Notes: generated by a model not told the origin, from the sequence alone. 64,000 bases of DNA from Myxococcota bacterium (GCA_045599585.1 JAZRWH010000088.1:11082-75081), one strand, 5' to 3'; counted from the stretch's first letter, positions 1-11,306 are shown. Numbers and translations are program-made.

Positions 1-2383
1 TTTCACTTTCGTATTCGCGAAGTTGAACGTGTTTTGTGGCGAAAACGACGTCAGAGCGACTGAGCGGTTCAAAATTGAACAGCAAGAAAGTTGCGTTTTC
101 TGGGAGTTTTTGAGAAGCGTCACGAATGAACAGCGTAAAGGGGAACTGTGAGCGTTCGATGTTATTTGTCAGAATGTTGAAAATAAATTCATAAACGCCG
201 GGTACATTCGTTTTTTCAATGTACGTGAGTTCAGCACGCGCTTTGACTTCATTCGTAAGCTTATCATAAATTTCCCAACGGTCACCGCTTTGATGTCCGG
301 GTCTAGATTTGTTATTTGCGCTAATATACCGAATGGCATGTTGGGTGTTTTCGCCTTCATAGAGCTCGAATTGCGGAGCGATGACTTTTTGCAACGGATC
401 AAACCAAGCGGAGACGCGGATATCGTTTGAAGGCTGATCCACGAGATTGCAAACATGGTGATTGTCGACGAAGCTATAGCATGGGGTATAGGTATTGCTT
501 TGTGGTTGCCAAACAGAGACTTCGCGGAGCTCGATGGGATGAAACGTAGTGGCGCGCAGCTGAACGGGCATTTTGATGGGAGGTGCAATCGTATCCGTTA
601 TTTCAATTTCAGCATTCCATATCGCAAACTCGCTCCATTCCGGTTCGATTTGAAACGCGCCGTCGTAGGACGTGACGATGGTACCGTTAGGCAATTTAAG
701 TTTGTATTGAATGACGTCTGAGTCTGAGTCGACGGCGAGGGCACGAATGGTGAGTCTATCTGCAGCACCGACTTTGACGGGTCTGCCTGAAATACTCGTT
801 TTTTCTCCAGTTGTAGCATTATCTACGATGATGTTGATTAATTCTGGTGCTGTGTTTGGTCTTGAAACCAATATGCGTATATTTTTTGAATCTTTGCTTG
901 CTGGAGGCCCATCACTGATGCAATTGACGGTGAGCTCATAGCTTTTACCTTGTCGTTTTCCGTCTTCAAATTGGGGTTTCCATCGAAGTTCTCCAGGGCA
1001 GTCTGGGTGATTCATACTTTGTGAGCAAGCCTGGAGGGATTCGAGGACGGCATAAAGTGAGCAGTTGTCCTGCCAACACGCGGCGTTTTGGTCCATCGTG
1101 ACCGAAGCGTGGACGTTGCTTCCGCCTGTGCAAAGTGGAATGACGAGTTCATGGCCTACGTTGACAGGAAATTCGATAACAGATGTTCCTTCTCCAGCGA
1201 ATTCTACAGGCAGACCGCCTGTAATTCTTGCGACACAGAAAACAAAAAGTGAGATTAAAAAGATGCTGATAATGACGAAGATCGAGAGATATTTATGGCT
1301 TTTTTTCTTAGGTTGTATGGGCAAATAGTCGAAGACTGGGAGCGACAGGATGGCGGCCTTCTTGTATTTATCTTTTGAGTCGAGTCGAAATCGGAAACCG
1401 CCTTCAAACTCGTTCATTTCGTGCAGAACGCCGCGCAGCCCCAGGCCGTACTGAGAGGGTTCGGGGAGTTTGTCGCTTTCATCATAGGTTCTGAAGATCA
1501 AAAACTGAGCTCCAGTAAAGTCATCTGACGAAAGTTCGCACTGTATGAGGACGTCACCGCCGACCGTGAGAGCGTTGTCAATGACGCGCATGAGGCACAT
1601 TGCGATGGTCTGTGGCGCCGCAGTACACAGCCATCGACCTTTGGGGACATTTTGCATATGAATGCGTTTAAGGGCATCTGCGCGTCCCGTTTGAACGCTA
1701 AGCATGTCGATGGCTTGTTTGATGATGATTTCGGGCTCAATAACCATGCGGCATGCAGCCGCGAGTTCGAGAATCTGCTGATAAATGTTCCCGCATTTTT
1801 CGAGGTGGAGCGCCTCAATTGCTTCTGGGGTGACGGCTTTTGCCTTATCTTTGCTGACGAAGAGGTGGAACATGCTTCGGAGCTTGATCATGGCGCGCGT
1901 CGTGTCCATGAGCATCGGATCGATGTGCGGGGCGACGAGGTAGAAGTGCGCTATTTTTCGTATTTCCCAAAAAGTTTTGCCCCATTTTTTCCAGAGTCGT
2001 TCTTCCGGAGCGGATTTGACGCCGCAGAGTCTGAACATTTCTTCTCGAACGCCATCGAGCTGATCGTTGGTCAGTTCGTATGATCCGTCTTGTTTTTTGA
2101 CGTTCTTCACTTCTTCCGAGAGTGAAACCATGCCGAGGAGTCTGTGTTTGAGGACGTCATGAGCGAGTATTTCGAGGAGTTTGCGTACGCGTCTGAGGTT
2201 GGCTGCATTTGTTGCATCGCCTTTGGTTCGTTGTTTTTCGATCCATTGTGCGAGCGTTGGTCCCAAATAGACGAAGATATTGAGCATCACGCCCAATATG
2301 AGCAGAAGTTGAACGACGATCGCGAAGATCGTAAGCAAAAAGATGAGTCTGGAATTTGGCAGAGCAAAAATCAGTTCATACAT
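1..2383 (-). CDS. Atypical membrane histidine-kinase-like protein (TM, HisKA-like, HATPase-like, second TM, extracytoplasmic domain); 3' end lies outside the window
   Basis: Manual translation from the ATG at 2383 (MYELIFALPNSRLIFLLTIFAIVVQLLLILGVML...) stays open to base 1, so it is absent from the ORF track. Motifs: ILAHDVLKHRL (H-box-like), CLMRVIDNAL (N-box-like), YGLGLRGVLHEMNEFEGG (G2-like), then the hydrophobic segment YLSIFVIISIFLISLFVFCVA. Confidence 0.7.
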   Translation of the reverse strand, partial: MYELIFALPNSRLIFLLTIFAIVVQLLLILGVMLNIFVYLGPTLAQWIEKQRTKGDATNAANLRRVRKLLEILAHDVLKHRLLGMVSLSEEVKNVKKQDGSYELTNDQLDGVREEMFRLCGVKSAPEERLWKKWGKTFWEIRKIAHFYLVAPHIDPMLMDTTRAMIKLRSMFHLFVSKDKAKAVTPEAIEALHLEKCGNIYQQILELAAACRMVIEPEIIIKQAIDMLSVQTGRADALKRIHMQNVPKGRWLCTAAPQTIAMCLMRVIDNALTVGGDVLIQCELSSDDFTGAQFLIFRTYDESDKLPEPSQYGLGLRGVLHEMNEFEGGFRFRLDSKDKYKKAAILSLPVFDYLPIQPKKKSHKYLSIFVIISIFLISLFVFCVARITGGLPVEFAGEGTSVIEFPVNVGHELVIPLCTGGSNVHASVTMDQNAACWQDNCSLYAVLESLQACSQSMNHPDCPGELRWKPQFEDGKRQGKSYELTVNCISDGPPASKDSKNIRILVSRPNTAPELINIIVDNATTGEKTSISGRPVKVGAADRLTIRALAVDSDSDVIQYKLKLPNGTIVTSYDGAFQIEPEWSEFAIWNAEIEITDTIAPPIKMPVQLRATTFHPIELREVSVWQPQSNTYTPCYSFVDNHHVCNLVDQPSNDIRVSAWFDPLQKVIAPQFELYEGENTQHAIRYISANNKSRPGHQSGDRWEIYDKLTNEVKARAELTYIEKTNVPGVYEFIFNILTNNIERSQFPFTLFIRDASQKLPENATFLLFNFEPLSRSDVVFATKHVQLREYESE

Positions 2384-2440
2384 AAGGTGCCAATCATTCC
2401 GATAATGTTATTCGTACGAGAATAATTAAATGTATTTTGA

Positions 2441-2588
2441 GGGGGAAGAGTCCCCCTGAGCGTCTATTGTCTTCGCCGTTAGCACTAGGCTTATTTAGTC
2501 TATAATGCGTGTTATCGAAAGAAAGTGTTATCCGGTTTTAGTGGTTTGGTGCGAAGCCAATACGCCGCTACCCCTTCTGGCCTGCGGC
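2441..2588 (-). repeat. REP-like element copy 1 (92-nt insert)
   Basis: GGGGGAAGAGTCCCCCTGAGCGTCTAT ... ATACGCCGCTACCCCTTC, followed by the CCTGCGGC tail. For all copies, strand is the one reading GGGGTAGCGGCG. Confidence 0.9.
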
Positions 2589-2603
2589 GCGTCAACGATC
2601 ATG

Positions 2604-4250
2604 TTAAGCTTTGGGCGTCAACGATCTTGGAACGAGCGAGGCGTCGACGGCGTACCATTTGCCTTCGAGTCGAACGAGCGGCACAATGAAATAGTTTTCG
2701 CCAGATTCAAAGAGGACGACGAGGGCATTTTTGGATTCGGAGCCAGAAACAGTTTTAAGCGAGATGGCTTCAATGGTCTTAAAACGCGCCATAATTGCCT
2801 GTGGCATGGGTAGAAGGTCTTTTTCCCAAAGCGCAGCGGGTTCAAGGATGATGCTTTCATCTTTGGGCATTGCCATGAGCTTATTGGCTGCGCTGTAACA
2901 GCGTCCACGTTTTGCTTTAATCAGAGAGCTAATCGTTGCATTGACAGTCTGATTAGGTTGCTGTTGCAGGTTCGGCGAAGCGATGAGAAGCAAAATGACT
3001 GTGACGAGAAATAAAATGCCGCCGGCGATTGCAGAAAAGACAAAAGCAATGATCGTAAGACAGAGTCCAAAGGTCGTAGGCAGGAGCGAGAGCAGCACGT
3101 TGAGCATCTGTGCCTTACCAGGGGTATAGTCGTTTGGATCAGGGGTTGGGCAGTCGATGGTAAACTTATTTTCAAACTTGTAAGGTCTGAAATTTTTGAG
3201 CAATCGTTTGTCGATGGCTTCGCCTTTAGGTTCTTCTGTTTTGTCTTCGACAGCCAGGAGGCGTCTACGGCCTTCTTCAGAGAAGTCGTAGTTGACGGAT
3301 TTTACGGAGCGCAGATTATTAGCGTCACTGGTTGTGCTTTCGGGTTGTCGAATGCCGGTATTGTCTTGTTTTACGTTGACGACGTCGGCAATGCTATCGC
3401 GGCGTACAGCTTTTTCGTTGGCCGAGGAAGATTTTGCGACGTTAAATTTGTCGTCAAAGGAAAAGTCGAATCCGTCGATACCATTTTTGTTTTGTGCAAC
3501 GGCTTCTGCGGGACGGACAGGTGTTTTTTCTTGTTGGCTGATCGGTTTCGGGGCACCTTCATTTTGTGCTTTGATCGGCCGAGCTGGTGTTGCTGCTTGT
3601 TGACTTACTGGTCTTTCGGCAGAAGTCTTTTGGAACATTCCGGAGATTTTATTTTTAGAGGCAGCTTCTGCGACGCGCGGAATATGACGCAATCCGGAGT
3701 TTAAACTTGGCTCGGAGAACATACCCGATCCGGAGCGCGGAGGTGTAAGCAATCCGGAAGTTGTTTTGGGTGCTTTGATAAAGCCTGATTCTAAGCTTGG
3801 CTGTTGCGGTTCATCGGAATCAAAATTGATATTGAGATCGCTACCGGCCAAGGTTGGTCGACGCATACGTTCTCGGATGCGTTTGTTCGACTCACTACTT
3901 TCGAGCGGGCTTCTTTTACCCATATCCATGGGAGCATCCATGGGGCTTTTTTTGCCTAACGTCGAGAGTGATGGCAAGTTATTGTTCGCGCAAAAATCTT
4001 TGATCAGCCCAAGAAATCGTTCGTAATCGGCTTCGGCTTCTGGTGTAAAAGCGTGGAGCTGTTCGTAGATGACGTAGTCCATTTTATTGGCTTGTCGAAC
4101 GTCTTTGCAGAGATAAGCGCAGAAATCACGGCAAATTTCTTGGGCACGAGCTTGATCGCTAGCCGACAGGTTTCCCAAACGCGCAAGGTACTGGGCAAAC
4201 TCGTCAACAACGGCATCTACTGTATTTTCAAAGGAATCTTTCCACGCCAT
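2604..4250 (-). CDS. Hypothetical protein with a low-complexity Ser/Pro-rich middle and two C-terminal TM helices
   Basis: 548-aa ORF; hydrophobic stretch LNVLLSLLPTTFGLCLTIIAFVFSAIAGGILFLVTVILLLIA; no family recognised. Confidence 0.75.
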   Translation of the reverse strand: MAWKDSFENTVDAVVDEFAQYLARLGNLSASDQARAQEICRDFCAYLCKDVRQANKMDYVIYEQLHAFTPEAEADYERFLGLIKDFCANNNLPSLSTLGKKSPMDAPMDMGKRSPLESSESNKRIRERMRRPTLAGSDLNINFDSDEPQQPSLESGFIKAPKTTSGLLTPPRSGSGMFSEPSLNSGLRHIPRVAEAASKNKISGMFQKTSAERPVSQQAATPARPIKAQNEGAPKPISQQEKTPVRPAEAVAQNKNGIDGFDFSFDDKFNVAKSSSANEKAVRRDSIADVVNVKQDNTGIRQPESTTSDANNLRSVKSVNYDFSEEGRRRLLAVEDKTEEPKGEAIDKRLLKNFRPYKFENKFTIDCPTPDPNDYTPGKAQMLNVLLSLLPTTFGLCLTIIAFVFSAIAGGILFLVTVILLLIASPNLQQQPNQTVNATISSLIKAKRGRCYSAANKLMAMPKDESIILEPAALWEKDLLPMPQAIMARFKTIEAISLKTVSGSESKNALVVLFESGENYFIVPLVRLEGKWYAVDASLVPRSLTPKA

Positions 4251-4360
4251 TTTTTTCGTTTCCTTGAGCTAAGCCAAAAGTCATAAAACGCCGTTCTCTG
4301 CGCACAAAGGAACGTGCTGAAGTAAACTTTATTACCACGTCGTGCAAATGATATAAAGCA

Positions 4361-4954
4361 TTATAGAATCGCTCGAATGACGCTAAATAGTCCAATGGTA
4401 ATAAAGATGATGCCGGCGACCAGCTTACAGAGTGCGACTTTACCTTGAAGATGCTTTCCAATGTAATACCCACCGATCAAGATGACCGCGCCCCACATGG
4501 CACTTCCGATCAAGACACCGGGCAGGGTCAGAGGCATGGAATCGACCGAGGTGATTTCCAGCATTGGGAAGAGGAGGATCATGAGGCCCAGGGTAGCCGG
4601 AGAGATTGACAGCAAAAACGTTGTAACGCCGGTGGCTGCAATCTCTGTTGCTGTAAATTTTTTGGGTGGCTTATTTCGCGTAAAGATGAGCTGGGCACCG
4701 ATACAGGCAAATAAAGATCCAGTACAGACTTTAATAATCCAGGCGTAGTCTTGTGTCAGCGCCAGAACGTAGGACATTCCGATGAGCACGAGTACGGCCG
4801 AACATACGTCTGCGATGGCCATGACGATGACAGACGGCAGGCCTGTTTTCCAACCGTACGTCATGGTGCGTTCCAGACAAAATAATCCTACGGGGCCAAC
4901 TGGGATGGCGACGACCAATCCAACGATGATCCCCTTTAAAAAAGTAGTAAGCAT
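4361..4954 (-). CDS. LysE family translocator
   Basis: N-terminus FLKGIIVGLVVAIPVGPVGLFCLERT..G...G is typical of LysE/RhtB; 197 aa, about six TM segments. Confidence 0.85.
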   Translation of the reverse strand: MLTTFLKGIIVGLVVAIPVGPVGLFCLERTMTYGWKTGLPSVIVMAIADVCSAVLVLIGMSYVLALTQDYAWIIKVCTGSLFACIGAQLIFTRNKPPKKFTATEIAATGVTTFLLSISPATLGLMILLFPMLEITSVDSMPLTLPGVLIGSAMWGAVILIGGYYIGKHLQGKVALCKLVAGIIFITIGLFSVIRAIL

Positions 4955-5026
4955 ATAACCGTATTTCCGCGCAGAATATTCGTTTGCGCAATTTTAGACT
5001 TCTGTTTTGTCCTCACTGAGGTGCAG

Positions 5027-5058
5027 ACAAAATAAAACGCCGCCCAAGGGCGCGGCGC
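5027..5058 (-). terminator. Probable intrinsic terminator
   Basis: GC-rich hairpin CGCCGC...GCGGCG preceded by an A-rich run on the + strand (U tract on -), downstream of 5276..7117. Confidence 0.45.
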
Positions 5059-5190
5059 TTAAAATGACCTATACGGCATTTATTGCCAATTATTTAAGGT
5101 TTTTCTTAAATTTCCGACCTTAAAGTCGTTGTCTTTTAACGAAAATGAATAACAATAAAGTGTGTTTTGTTGAGCTGTTGCGTATTAGCT

Positions 5191-5256
5191 GCCGCAGGCA
5201 GAGGGGGTAGCGGCGTATCTCCGCAGGAGATAGCCGCTCAGGGGGAGGCTTCCCCC
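5191..5256 (+). repeat. REP-like element copy 2 (minimal form, 11-nt insert)
   Basis: GCCGCAGGCAGAGGGGGTAGCGGCGTATCTCCGCAGGAGATAGCCGCTCAGGGGGAGGCTTCCCCC. Confidence 0.95.
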
Positions 5257-5275
5257 TCAGAGCAGGATTCTCGCT

Positions 5276-7117
5276 TTAGAGGATGACCGTCTGGAGTTTT
5301 GTCTCCTGGGTCGTCCATTCGAACTGGTCGAGCAGGACGAGGGAGTCGCGCTGATGTCCCCAACCGTTTGTTTTACTCGCGTCGCGGTCGCCAGCGTCGA
5401 AGATGATGAGATCGAGGGTAAAGACTTCGCCTGGAACGATTGGGGCGGCCGTTTCGAGCCAGCGCGTTGCGCCAGCGCCCGTTGTATCAAAGTAGGCTTT
5501 GACGTTGGCTGAGCCGTCGGAGCATGTGCTGCTGTTGATGGTTTGGCTGCAGTTCGTGTTGTTTTTGCAGGCAGAGAGGTCGCACTCTGTGAAGAAGGCG
5601 TTGTTTACCGAAACGGGATTGCCTGCCGTGTCGAACGAAATGTTGTGGTCAGCGGGGATGTCGGGGTGCTGTGAGGAGAGGAGTGCGAGGAAGAAGTCGT
5701 TGTAATCGCTGCAGACGTAGTTGGGGAATTCTTTGGAGAAGAATTTGAAGCGGAATTTGAAGCCTGCGGCGTTGGCGGGGGCGTGGAATTTGAGGCGGAG
5801 CATCATGGAGTCGTTGGCTTTGGTACCGCCGCCGTTTGAGCAGAGGGAGCTTTTGGGGAGTTTACCGCCATGCGCATTCAGGTAGACGCTGGGTACAGAT
5901 ACTTCGGAACCCATGCAGTCTTTTGCGCCGGTGTTTTCGGAGCCCGTAGCTTTACCCGACGAGAGAATGGCCATGGTGTTGCCAGAGAGGGGGGCAATGG
6001 AAGGCGTGTTTCCGAGTTTGTTGACGACAGAGACTTGCTGCGAAGGGGAGATATTCGTCGCACTGCCACAAATGGACGTATTGCAGGATTTTTCGAGTGG
6101 TGAGCCATCCGCGTGGAGAAGTTGAGCACTGATGAGTCCGGAAGCGCCCGTTTCGGAAGCGCCCGTCACGCAGATATCCATTGCCTGAGCGAGTTTAAGC
6201 GCGTCAGCGTCTGTAAGCTGGACGTTTGCGTTGGGGATGTAGGCTGCTGTAGAGCATGAAGTCGCGGAGATGACATTATCAATTTTGCCATCACAGTCGT
6301 CATCGATACCATTTCCGGCGACTTCGATTGCGCCTGGATTTACTTTGGCTGGATCGTTAACGGCACAGGTGAGTGGGCTATCGCAGCAGTCTCCTTGTCC
6401 GACAGTCCAACCGTCACCGTCGATATCGTCGTCGGCGCCTTCATCGATTTGGCCGTCGCAATCATCGTCTAGACCGTTGCCAGGCGTTTCGATCCAAGCA
6501 GGCGTGACTTCGCCCTCGCAATCGAAGCTGAAATAGCCGTCGCTTTCGCAAACCTGTATGCCAGCTTTACAAATGCCTACGCCTAGTGTCGTGCTGACAG
6601 ACGAGTAGCAGGCGCGCGTTTCGCCGGGGACGCATTCGCATTCATTTGCGCGCGTCTCACAACCGTTGAGGAGATTACCATCGCAATCTGCGTAATTTGT
6701 ATTGCAGATGCATTGGCTATTGGAACACAGCATATTTGTGCCACACGGATTGTCGCATTCGCCGCAGTTATCGCTGTTGTTGCGTGTATCGATGCATTTG
6801 CCTCCACAGATCTTAGCGCCGGGGCCGTCACAGGAGGCTACACAAACACCATTTTTGCAGTACGAACTGGATTTGCAGGCATTACCTGCTTTGCCGCAGT
6901 TTTTGATATCCGACCTGAAGTCGACGCAGATTCCATTAGCACAACCGTTGGGACATGTGATCAGTGTGCAAGGATCGACGCTCGGCGTGTCGTCTTCAAT
7001 TCCTGTTTGCCCGCCAGATGTGCCGTTGTTATCTGTGGGCTCATTGTTGTCATTGCCATCAGAACAACCAGCAGTTAGAATGACTGTCAGCAATATTGCC
7101 ATCCATGATTTACGCAT
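5276..7117 (-). CDS. Cys-rich lipoprotein with MopE-related putative metal-binding repeats and a C-terminal choice-of-anchor L-like domain
   Basis: Lipobox ILTAGC after MRKSWMAILLTV (start moved to 7117, GGAG upstream); repeats NGLDDDCDGQIDE and NGIDDDCDGKIDN; C-terminal FKFFSKEFPNYVCSDYNDFF...NISFD...DAGD...DSLVLLD. Confidence 0.8.
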   Translation of the reverse strand: MRKSWMAILLTVILTAGCSDGNDNNEPTDNNGTSGGQTGIEDDTPSVDPCTLITCPNGCANGICVDFRSDIKNCGKAGNACKSSSYCKNGVCVASCDGPGAKICGGKCIDTRNNSDNCGECDNPCGTNMLCSNSQCICNTNYADCDGNLLNGCETRANECECVPGETRACYSSVSTTLGVGICKAGIQVCESDGYFSFDCEGEVTPAWIETPGNGLDDDCDGQIDEGADDDIDGDGWTVGQGDCCDSPLTCAVNDPAKVNPGAIEVAGNGIDDDCDGKIDNVISATSCSTAAYIPNANVQLTDADALKLAQAMDICVTGASETGASGLISAQLLHADGSPLEKSCNTSICGSATNISPSQQVSVVNKLGNTPSIAPLSGNTMAILSSGKATGSENTGAKDCMGSEVSVPSVYLNAHGGKLPKSSLCSNGGGTKANDSMMLRLKFHAPANAAGFKFRFKFFSKEFPNYVCSDYNDFFLALLSSQHPDIPADHNISFDTAGNPVSVNNAFFTECDLSACKNNTNCSQTINSSTCSDGSANVKAYFDTTGAGATRWLETAAPIVPGEVFTLDLIIFDAGDRDASKTNGWGHQRDSLVLLDQFEWTTQETKLQTVIL

Positions 7118-7620
7118 AATTCGTCTCCAACTTTGTATGCTGCGCACCCTTCATTGCGCATTGCCCTCAATCAAAGGGCGGCTAAAATAGCGGTCGCTTT
7201 TGTCCTTGTCGAGTGAAAACACGGTTGAATTGTAAGGTTCATTACGACTTAAGAGGTTTCCCGCGTGCCTTCAGCAAGCGGGAAGAAAGGGGGGCATCCT
7301 CCCTGCACGTCTTGCCATCCGGCTTCAACGGATGGGATGTTCAAGTTGACGGCTTACTGCCGCGTGAGTCAAGCGCGCGTTCACTTGGTCTCTTTAGGCC
7401 CCGACGGATTCGTAACCATGATTTTTCTATTTTTAGGGCTCTATCTTACGTTGGGCGGCATAATCTGGTAAAGATTTGACGGCAGGTTGAGTTGGTTCGT
7501 ATTTCTTGTCCTGCAGAAGGACCATACGTCCATGTCTATTAAAGCTTAAGCGTCGATTTGAATGCTTCGACGATTCCATTAGAGATCATACTTGTGCCTA
7601 TGTGGGCAGAAGGGGGTTAA

Positions 7621-10600
7621 ATGAAAAGACGAAACTGGTTTTATGCACTGGCTGCCTCTTTGGTGATGATGGCAGGTTGCGGAGATGATTCGGCTAGCAG
7701 CGTATCAGACGATGGAGACGATACCCCCGGAGCGTTTTGTGGTAATGGCAAAGTAGAATCAGGTGAACAATGTGACGACGGTAATGTGCGAGATGGCGAC
7801 GGTTGTTCGGCCTTATGTCGCACCGAAAAGGGATACACGTGTCCAGCTGAAGGTGGCGGCTGCGATAAAGATGTCGAGCCCAATCCGCCTGTTTCACAGA
7901 ATCTTTGTGGCAACGCTGTACTCGATGACGATGAACAATGTGACGACAGTAACACAGTATCGGGCGATGGTTGCTCAGATAAGTGTCAGATTGAGACTGG
8001 TTATGACTGCCCAACGGTTGGAAGCGCGTGCATCCTTCTGCCTGTTTGTGGCAACGGCCAAGTAGAATCAGGTGAACAATGTGACGACAGTAACACAGTA
8101 TCGGGCGATGGTTGCTCTGACAATTGTCAGATCGAAGCGGGTTACAAATGTCCCATTGCAGGTAGTCTCTGTGCCCCCAAATCTTGTGGTGACGGTGAGG
8201 TACAGGAAGACATGGGCGAAGCCTGTGACGATGGCTACGATAATATGCCGTACGCACCTTTTAACGGAATGTGTGGCACGAACTGTCAGCCGGCGCACTA
8301 CTGCGGCGATGGATTGCTCGACGAAATTGATCGGCAAAATGGCGAAGAATGCGATTCTGGCGATGAAAATACGACCATGCTTTATCATGGGTGTACTTTC
8401 GACTGTAAGATTATCAACTTCTGCGGCGATGGCATGGTTTCGCATGATGAGAGCTGTGATGACGGCAACACGGAATCGGGCGATGGCTGCTCAGATCAAT
8501 GTACTTACGAACCCGGATTTTCATGTCAGTCGGTGAACGGCAAAACAGAGTGCAGACCGCTTCCTTGTGGCAATGGCAAGCTGGATGTGAACGAAAGTTG
8601 TGACGACGGCAATCGAACGTCTGGCGACGGTTGTTCTGCAGCTTGTTTGATCGAAGCTGGATACCGCTGTACGCAAGATGCTTCGGGCGTTTCGGTATGT
8701 CTCTCAATGATCGGAAATGGCGTCTTGGATGAGGATGTGGGGGAAGCTTGCGACGACGGTAACGTCAACGATGGTGACGGTTGCTCATCCAAAGGGGCTG
8801 TCGAGCCGGGGTGGATCTGTCCTGAGGCTGGCAAACCCTGTAAAGCACGTGCATGCGGCGATGGTATCGTCGCGCTTGGCGAACAGTGTGACGATGGTAA
8901 TACAGAATCAGGCGATGGCTGCTCCTATCGCTGTCGTATCGAAAACGGATTTACTTGCGACAAAGCTGGTGAGCCCTGCACGAAGGGGTTTTGCGGTGAC
9001 GGTTTGATTCAACACGGTGAAGCTTGCGATGATGGAAACACCAACGATGGTGACGGCTGCTCTTCGACTTGTGTGATCGAACCTAAATTTGAGTGCAAAA
9101 CGGATGGTGGAAGTTGTCAACCCGTCGTTTGCGGCGATGGTTCGATTGCTCCGACTGCCGGTTATACGTCCCACGAAACGTGTGACCTCGGAGAAGGGCT
9201 CAACGACGGCAACCATGGCTGCGAAGAAGACTGCTCTATCTCTAAAGGTTGGCATTGCGATGTGAGCGGCCAAAACTGCGTTCAAGGTAGATGTGGCGAT
9301 GGTATTCTCGATGTCGGTGAAACTTGCGATGACGGTAACAATCTCCCCGCTGATGGATGCTCGCCCACCTGTACTTCAGAATCTGGAATCGAATGCGAAA
9401 ATGGCGTGTGCAAGCCTATTTGCGGCGATGGCATCACGATGTGGAAACTTGATTCCTCCATTGCAGAAGAATGTGACGACGGCAACCTCGTTTCGGGCGA
9501 TGGTTGCTCTGCGGAATGCAAATTTGAAGAAGGGTTTGCGTGCACTGCTTTCGATACGGCTGAACCGCCCGCTTTCATTCAGCTCCCCGTTACCTATCGC
9601 GATTTCCGCAGCGATGGTCTCGAAAGTGTTGCCAATGTCGATTCGCTTGCGGATGAAGAGGCAGACGGATTTATTACGTCAAAATTGATGGCAAAATATC
9701 CTGCTGCTGGCTGGACGTCAGCAAACTTGGGGCGTCCTCTCCCCGATTTTAATGCGCAGGGCGGTTGCCAGCGCGCTGGCTATACGCTCAAAGAACTCGA
9801 TGCCGACGGCAAACCCGTGCTCAATCCCAATCCTTCGGTCTATCAAGTCAGTTCGGCCAACGGCAAATACTGCTTCCATAGCCCGACAGAGTACGCGATG
9901 TGGTATCGCAATACGCCCGGTATTAACCGCGAAGTAGAAGGTAAACTTTATCTTTGGCTCACAGATAAAGCTAAGAGCGTTTACTATTTCTCGAGCAATT
10001 CCCCCAATACGAATGGTGCGCCCAATGCCTGCGTCGATGGTGAACCCATGGAGACCGGTTACTTTTTGCCGCTTTCGTCGGCGGGCTATGGCGTTACGCC
10101 TGGTTATACGTCGCGTCATGCCAATTACAGCTTCACTTCCGAAGTGCGCACCTACTTCCAGTACAAAGGCGGTGAAAACCTCACGTTCAGCGGTGACGAT
10201 GACTTGTGGGTCTTCTTAAACGGCAAACTCTTCGTCGATCTCGGTGGACTTCACGGTTCAGCAACAGGTTCTAAAACCCTTAAGGCTCTTCCTTATAATA
10301 CGGTGGATGCCAATGGTAATCCTACGACGATCAATTACGATCCCGACTATGACGTCTATGAAGGCGGCATTTATGAGATCAGTTTGTTCCATGCCGAACG
10401 TAACGCGACAGGCTCCAACTTCAGCTTGACGCTTACGGGCTTCGTTAATACCGGTAAAGCTTCGTGCGATGCTCAGTGTGGCGATGGCAAGATTCGTGGC
10501 GGCGAAGAGTGTGACTACGTTGGTATTCAAAACGATGTCGAACTTCAGCATGAAAAAGGCTGTTCGGCAACGTGCAAACTCCAAGCATATTGCGGCAATG

Positions 10601-11214
10601 GCAAAATTGAGCAAGGTGAACAGTGTGATGGTGGGGCTGCCGGAGTTGAGTGGTGCGATAAAACGACCTGTCACTTGATTCCTGATACTTGCGGTAACGG
10701 CAAGCTCGATGCGCATGAACAGTGCGATTACATGATCACCGATCCTTCTGCTCCCGACTATCATGCTGGCTGTCTCGATACCTGCCGCATTTCGGGTTGC
10801 GGCGACGGTATTCTCGATCGTGCGGCTGGCGAAGAATGTGATGATGGCAATACTTCCAACGAAGATATGTGTACGACAGCGTGCAAAGTTCCGACGTGCG
10901 GTGACAGTATCGTTTCTGCCTTCCTCGGCGAAGTGTGTGACGACGGTATAAACGATGGCGCTTACGGTCACTGTGGTCTTGGTTGCTCTTATCAACCGCC
11001 TTATTGTGGTGATGGCATCGTCGCAGCTGCCTATGAAGCTTGTGATGATGGCAAAAACGATGGCTCATACAATGGTTGTATGCCTGGTTGTCAGCAGCGC
11101 GGCCCGTTCTGCGGCGATGGTATTGTTCAAATGGACAGCGGCGAAGAGTGTGATCCCGCCGATCCCACCTCGACGGTACCTTGCTCATCCTCTTGCGTGA
11201 TCGCCATTCTCTAA
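7621..11214 (+). CDS. DUF4215 (Myxococcus cysteine-rich repeat) lipoprotein with a central fibro-slime/PA14-like domain
   Basis: Lipobox MMAGC; many CGNG/CGDG...E.CDDGN...GDGCS..C repeats; fibro-slime motifs [46 protein letters not shown]...SNF. Confidence 0.92.
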   Translation: MKRRNWFYALAASLVMMAGCGDDSASSVSDDGDDTPGAFCGNGKVESGEQCDDGNVRDGDGCSALCRTEKGYTCPAEGGGCDKDVEPNPPVSQNLCGNAVLDDDEQCDDSNTVSGDGCSDKCQIETGYDCPTVGSACILLPVCGNGQVESGEQCDDSNTVSGDGCSDNCQIEAGYKCPIAGSLCAPKSCGDGEVQEDMGEACDDGYDNMPYAPFNGMCGTNCQPAHYCGDGLLDEIDRQNGEECDSGDENTTMLYHGCTFDCKIINFCGDGMVSHDESCDDGNTESGDGCSDQCTYEPGFSCQSVNGKTECRPLPCGNGKLDVNESCDDGNRTSGDGCSAACLIEAGYRCTQDASGVSVCLSMIGNGVLDEDVGEACDDGNVNDGDGCSSKGAVEPGWICPEAGKPCKARACGDGIVALGEQCDDGNTESGDGCSYRCRIENGFTCDKAGEPCTKGFCGDGLIQHGEACDDGNTNDGDGCSSTCVIEPKFECKTDGGSCQPVVCGDGSIAPTAGYTSHETCDLGEGLNDGNHGCEEDCSISKGWHCDVSGQNCVQGRCGDGILDVGETCDDGNNLPADGCSPTCTSESGIECENGVCKPICGDGITMWKLDSSIAEECDDGNLVSGDGCSAECKFEEGFACTAFDTAEPPAFIQLPVTYRDFRSDGLESVANVDSLADEEADGFITSKLMAKYPAAGWTSANLGRPLPDFNAQGGCQRAGYTLKELDADGKPVLNPNPSVYQVSSANGKYCFHSPTEYAMWYRNTPGINREVEGKLYLWLTDKAKSVYYFSSNSPNTNGAPNACVDGEPMETGYFLPLSSAGYGVTPGYTSRHANYSFTSEVRTYFQYKGGENLTFSGDDDLWVFLNGKLFVDLGGLHGSATGSKTLKALPYNTVDANGNPTTINYDPDYDVYEGGIYEISLFHAERNATGSNFSLTLTGFVNTGKASCDAQCGDGKIRGGEECDYVGIQNDVELQHEKGCSATCKLQAYCGNGKIEQGEQCDGGAAGVEWCDKTTCHLIPDTCGNGKLDAHEQCDYMITDPSAPDYHAGCLDTCRISGCGDGILDRAAGEECDDGNTSNEDMCTTACKVPTCGDSIVSAFLGEVCDDGINDGAYGHCGLGCSYQPPYCGDGIVAAAYEACDDGKNDGSYNGCMPGCQQRGPFCGDGIVQMDSGEECDPADPTSTVPCSSSCVIAIL

Positions 11215-11229
11215 CTTTTCTATCTCTAG

Positions 11230-11306
11230 GCGAGCTATTCGCTTTCGCGAATACGCTCGCTCGCTCGGCCGGCTATTCGCTTTCGCAAATACGCCGGCCT
11301 TTTTTT
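11230..11306 (-). repeat. Bulged-hairpin doublet A, probably also a terminator
   Basis: GCGAGC-TATTCGC-TTTC-GCGAATA-C-GCTCGC and GGCCGGC-TATTCGC-TTTC-GCAAATA-C-GCCGGCC, followed by a T7 tract, between convergent genes. Confidence 0.85.

Noticed and set aside
169-2425. Short ORFs listed in the track over the first 2.4 kb
   Set aside because: They are shadow frames of the long minus-strand ORF 2383..<1.
5191-5256. Hammerhead ribozyme reading of CTGAGCG in the element
   Set aside because: It lacks the CUGANGA and GAAA core, and orientation is independent of transcription.
7251-7305. Possible degenerate relative of the element (AAGAGG, TTCCCGC/GCGGGAA stem, GGGGGG..CTCCC)
   Set aside because: The layout is similar but the GTAG motif and the TAT/ATA bulge junction are missing, so it is not counted as a copy.
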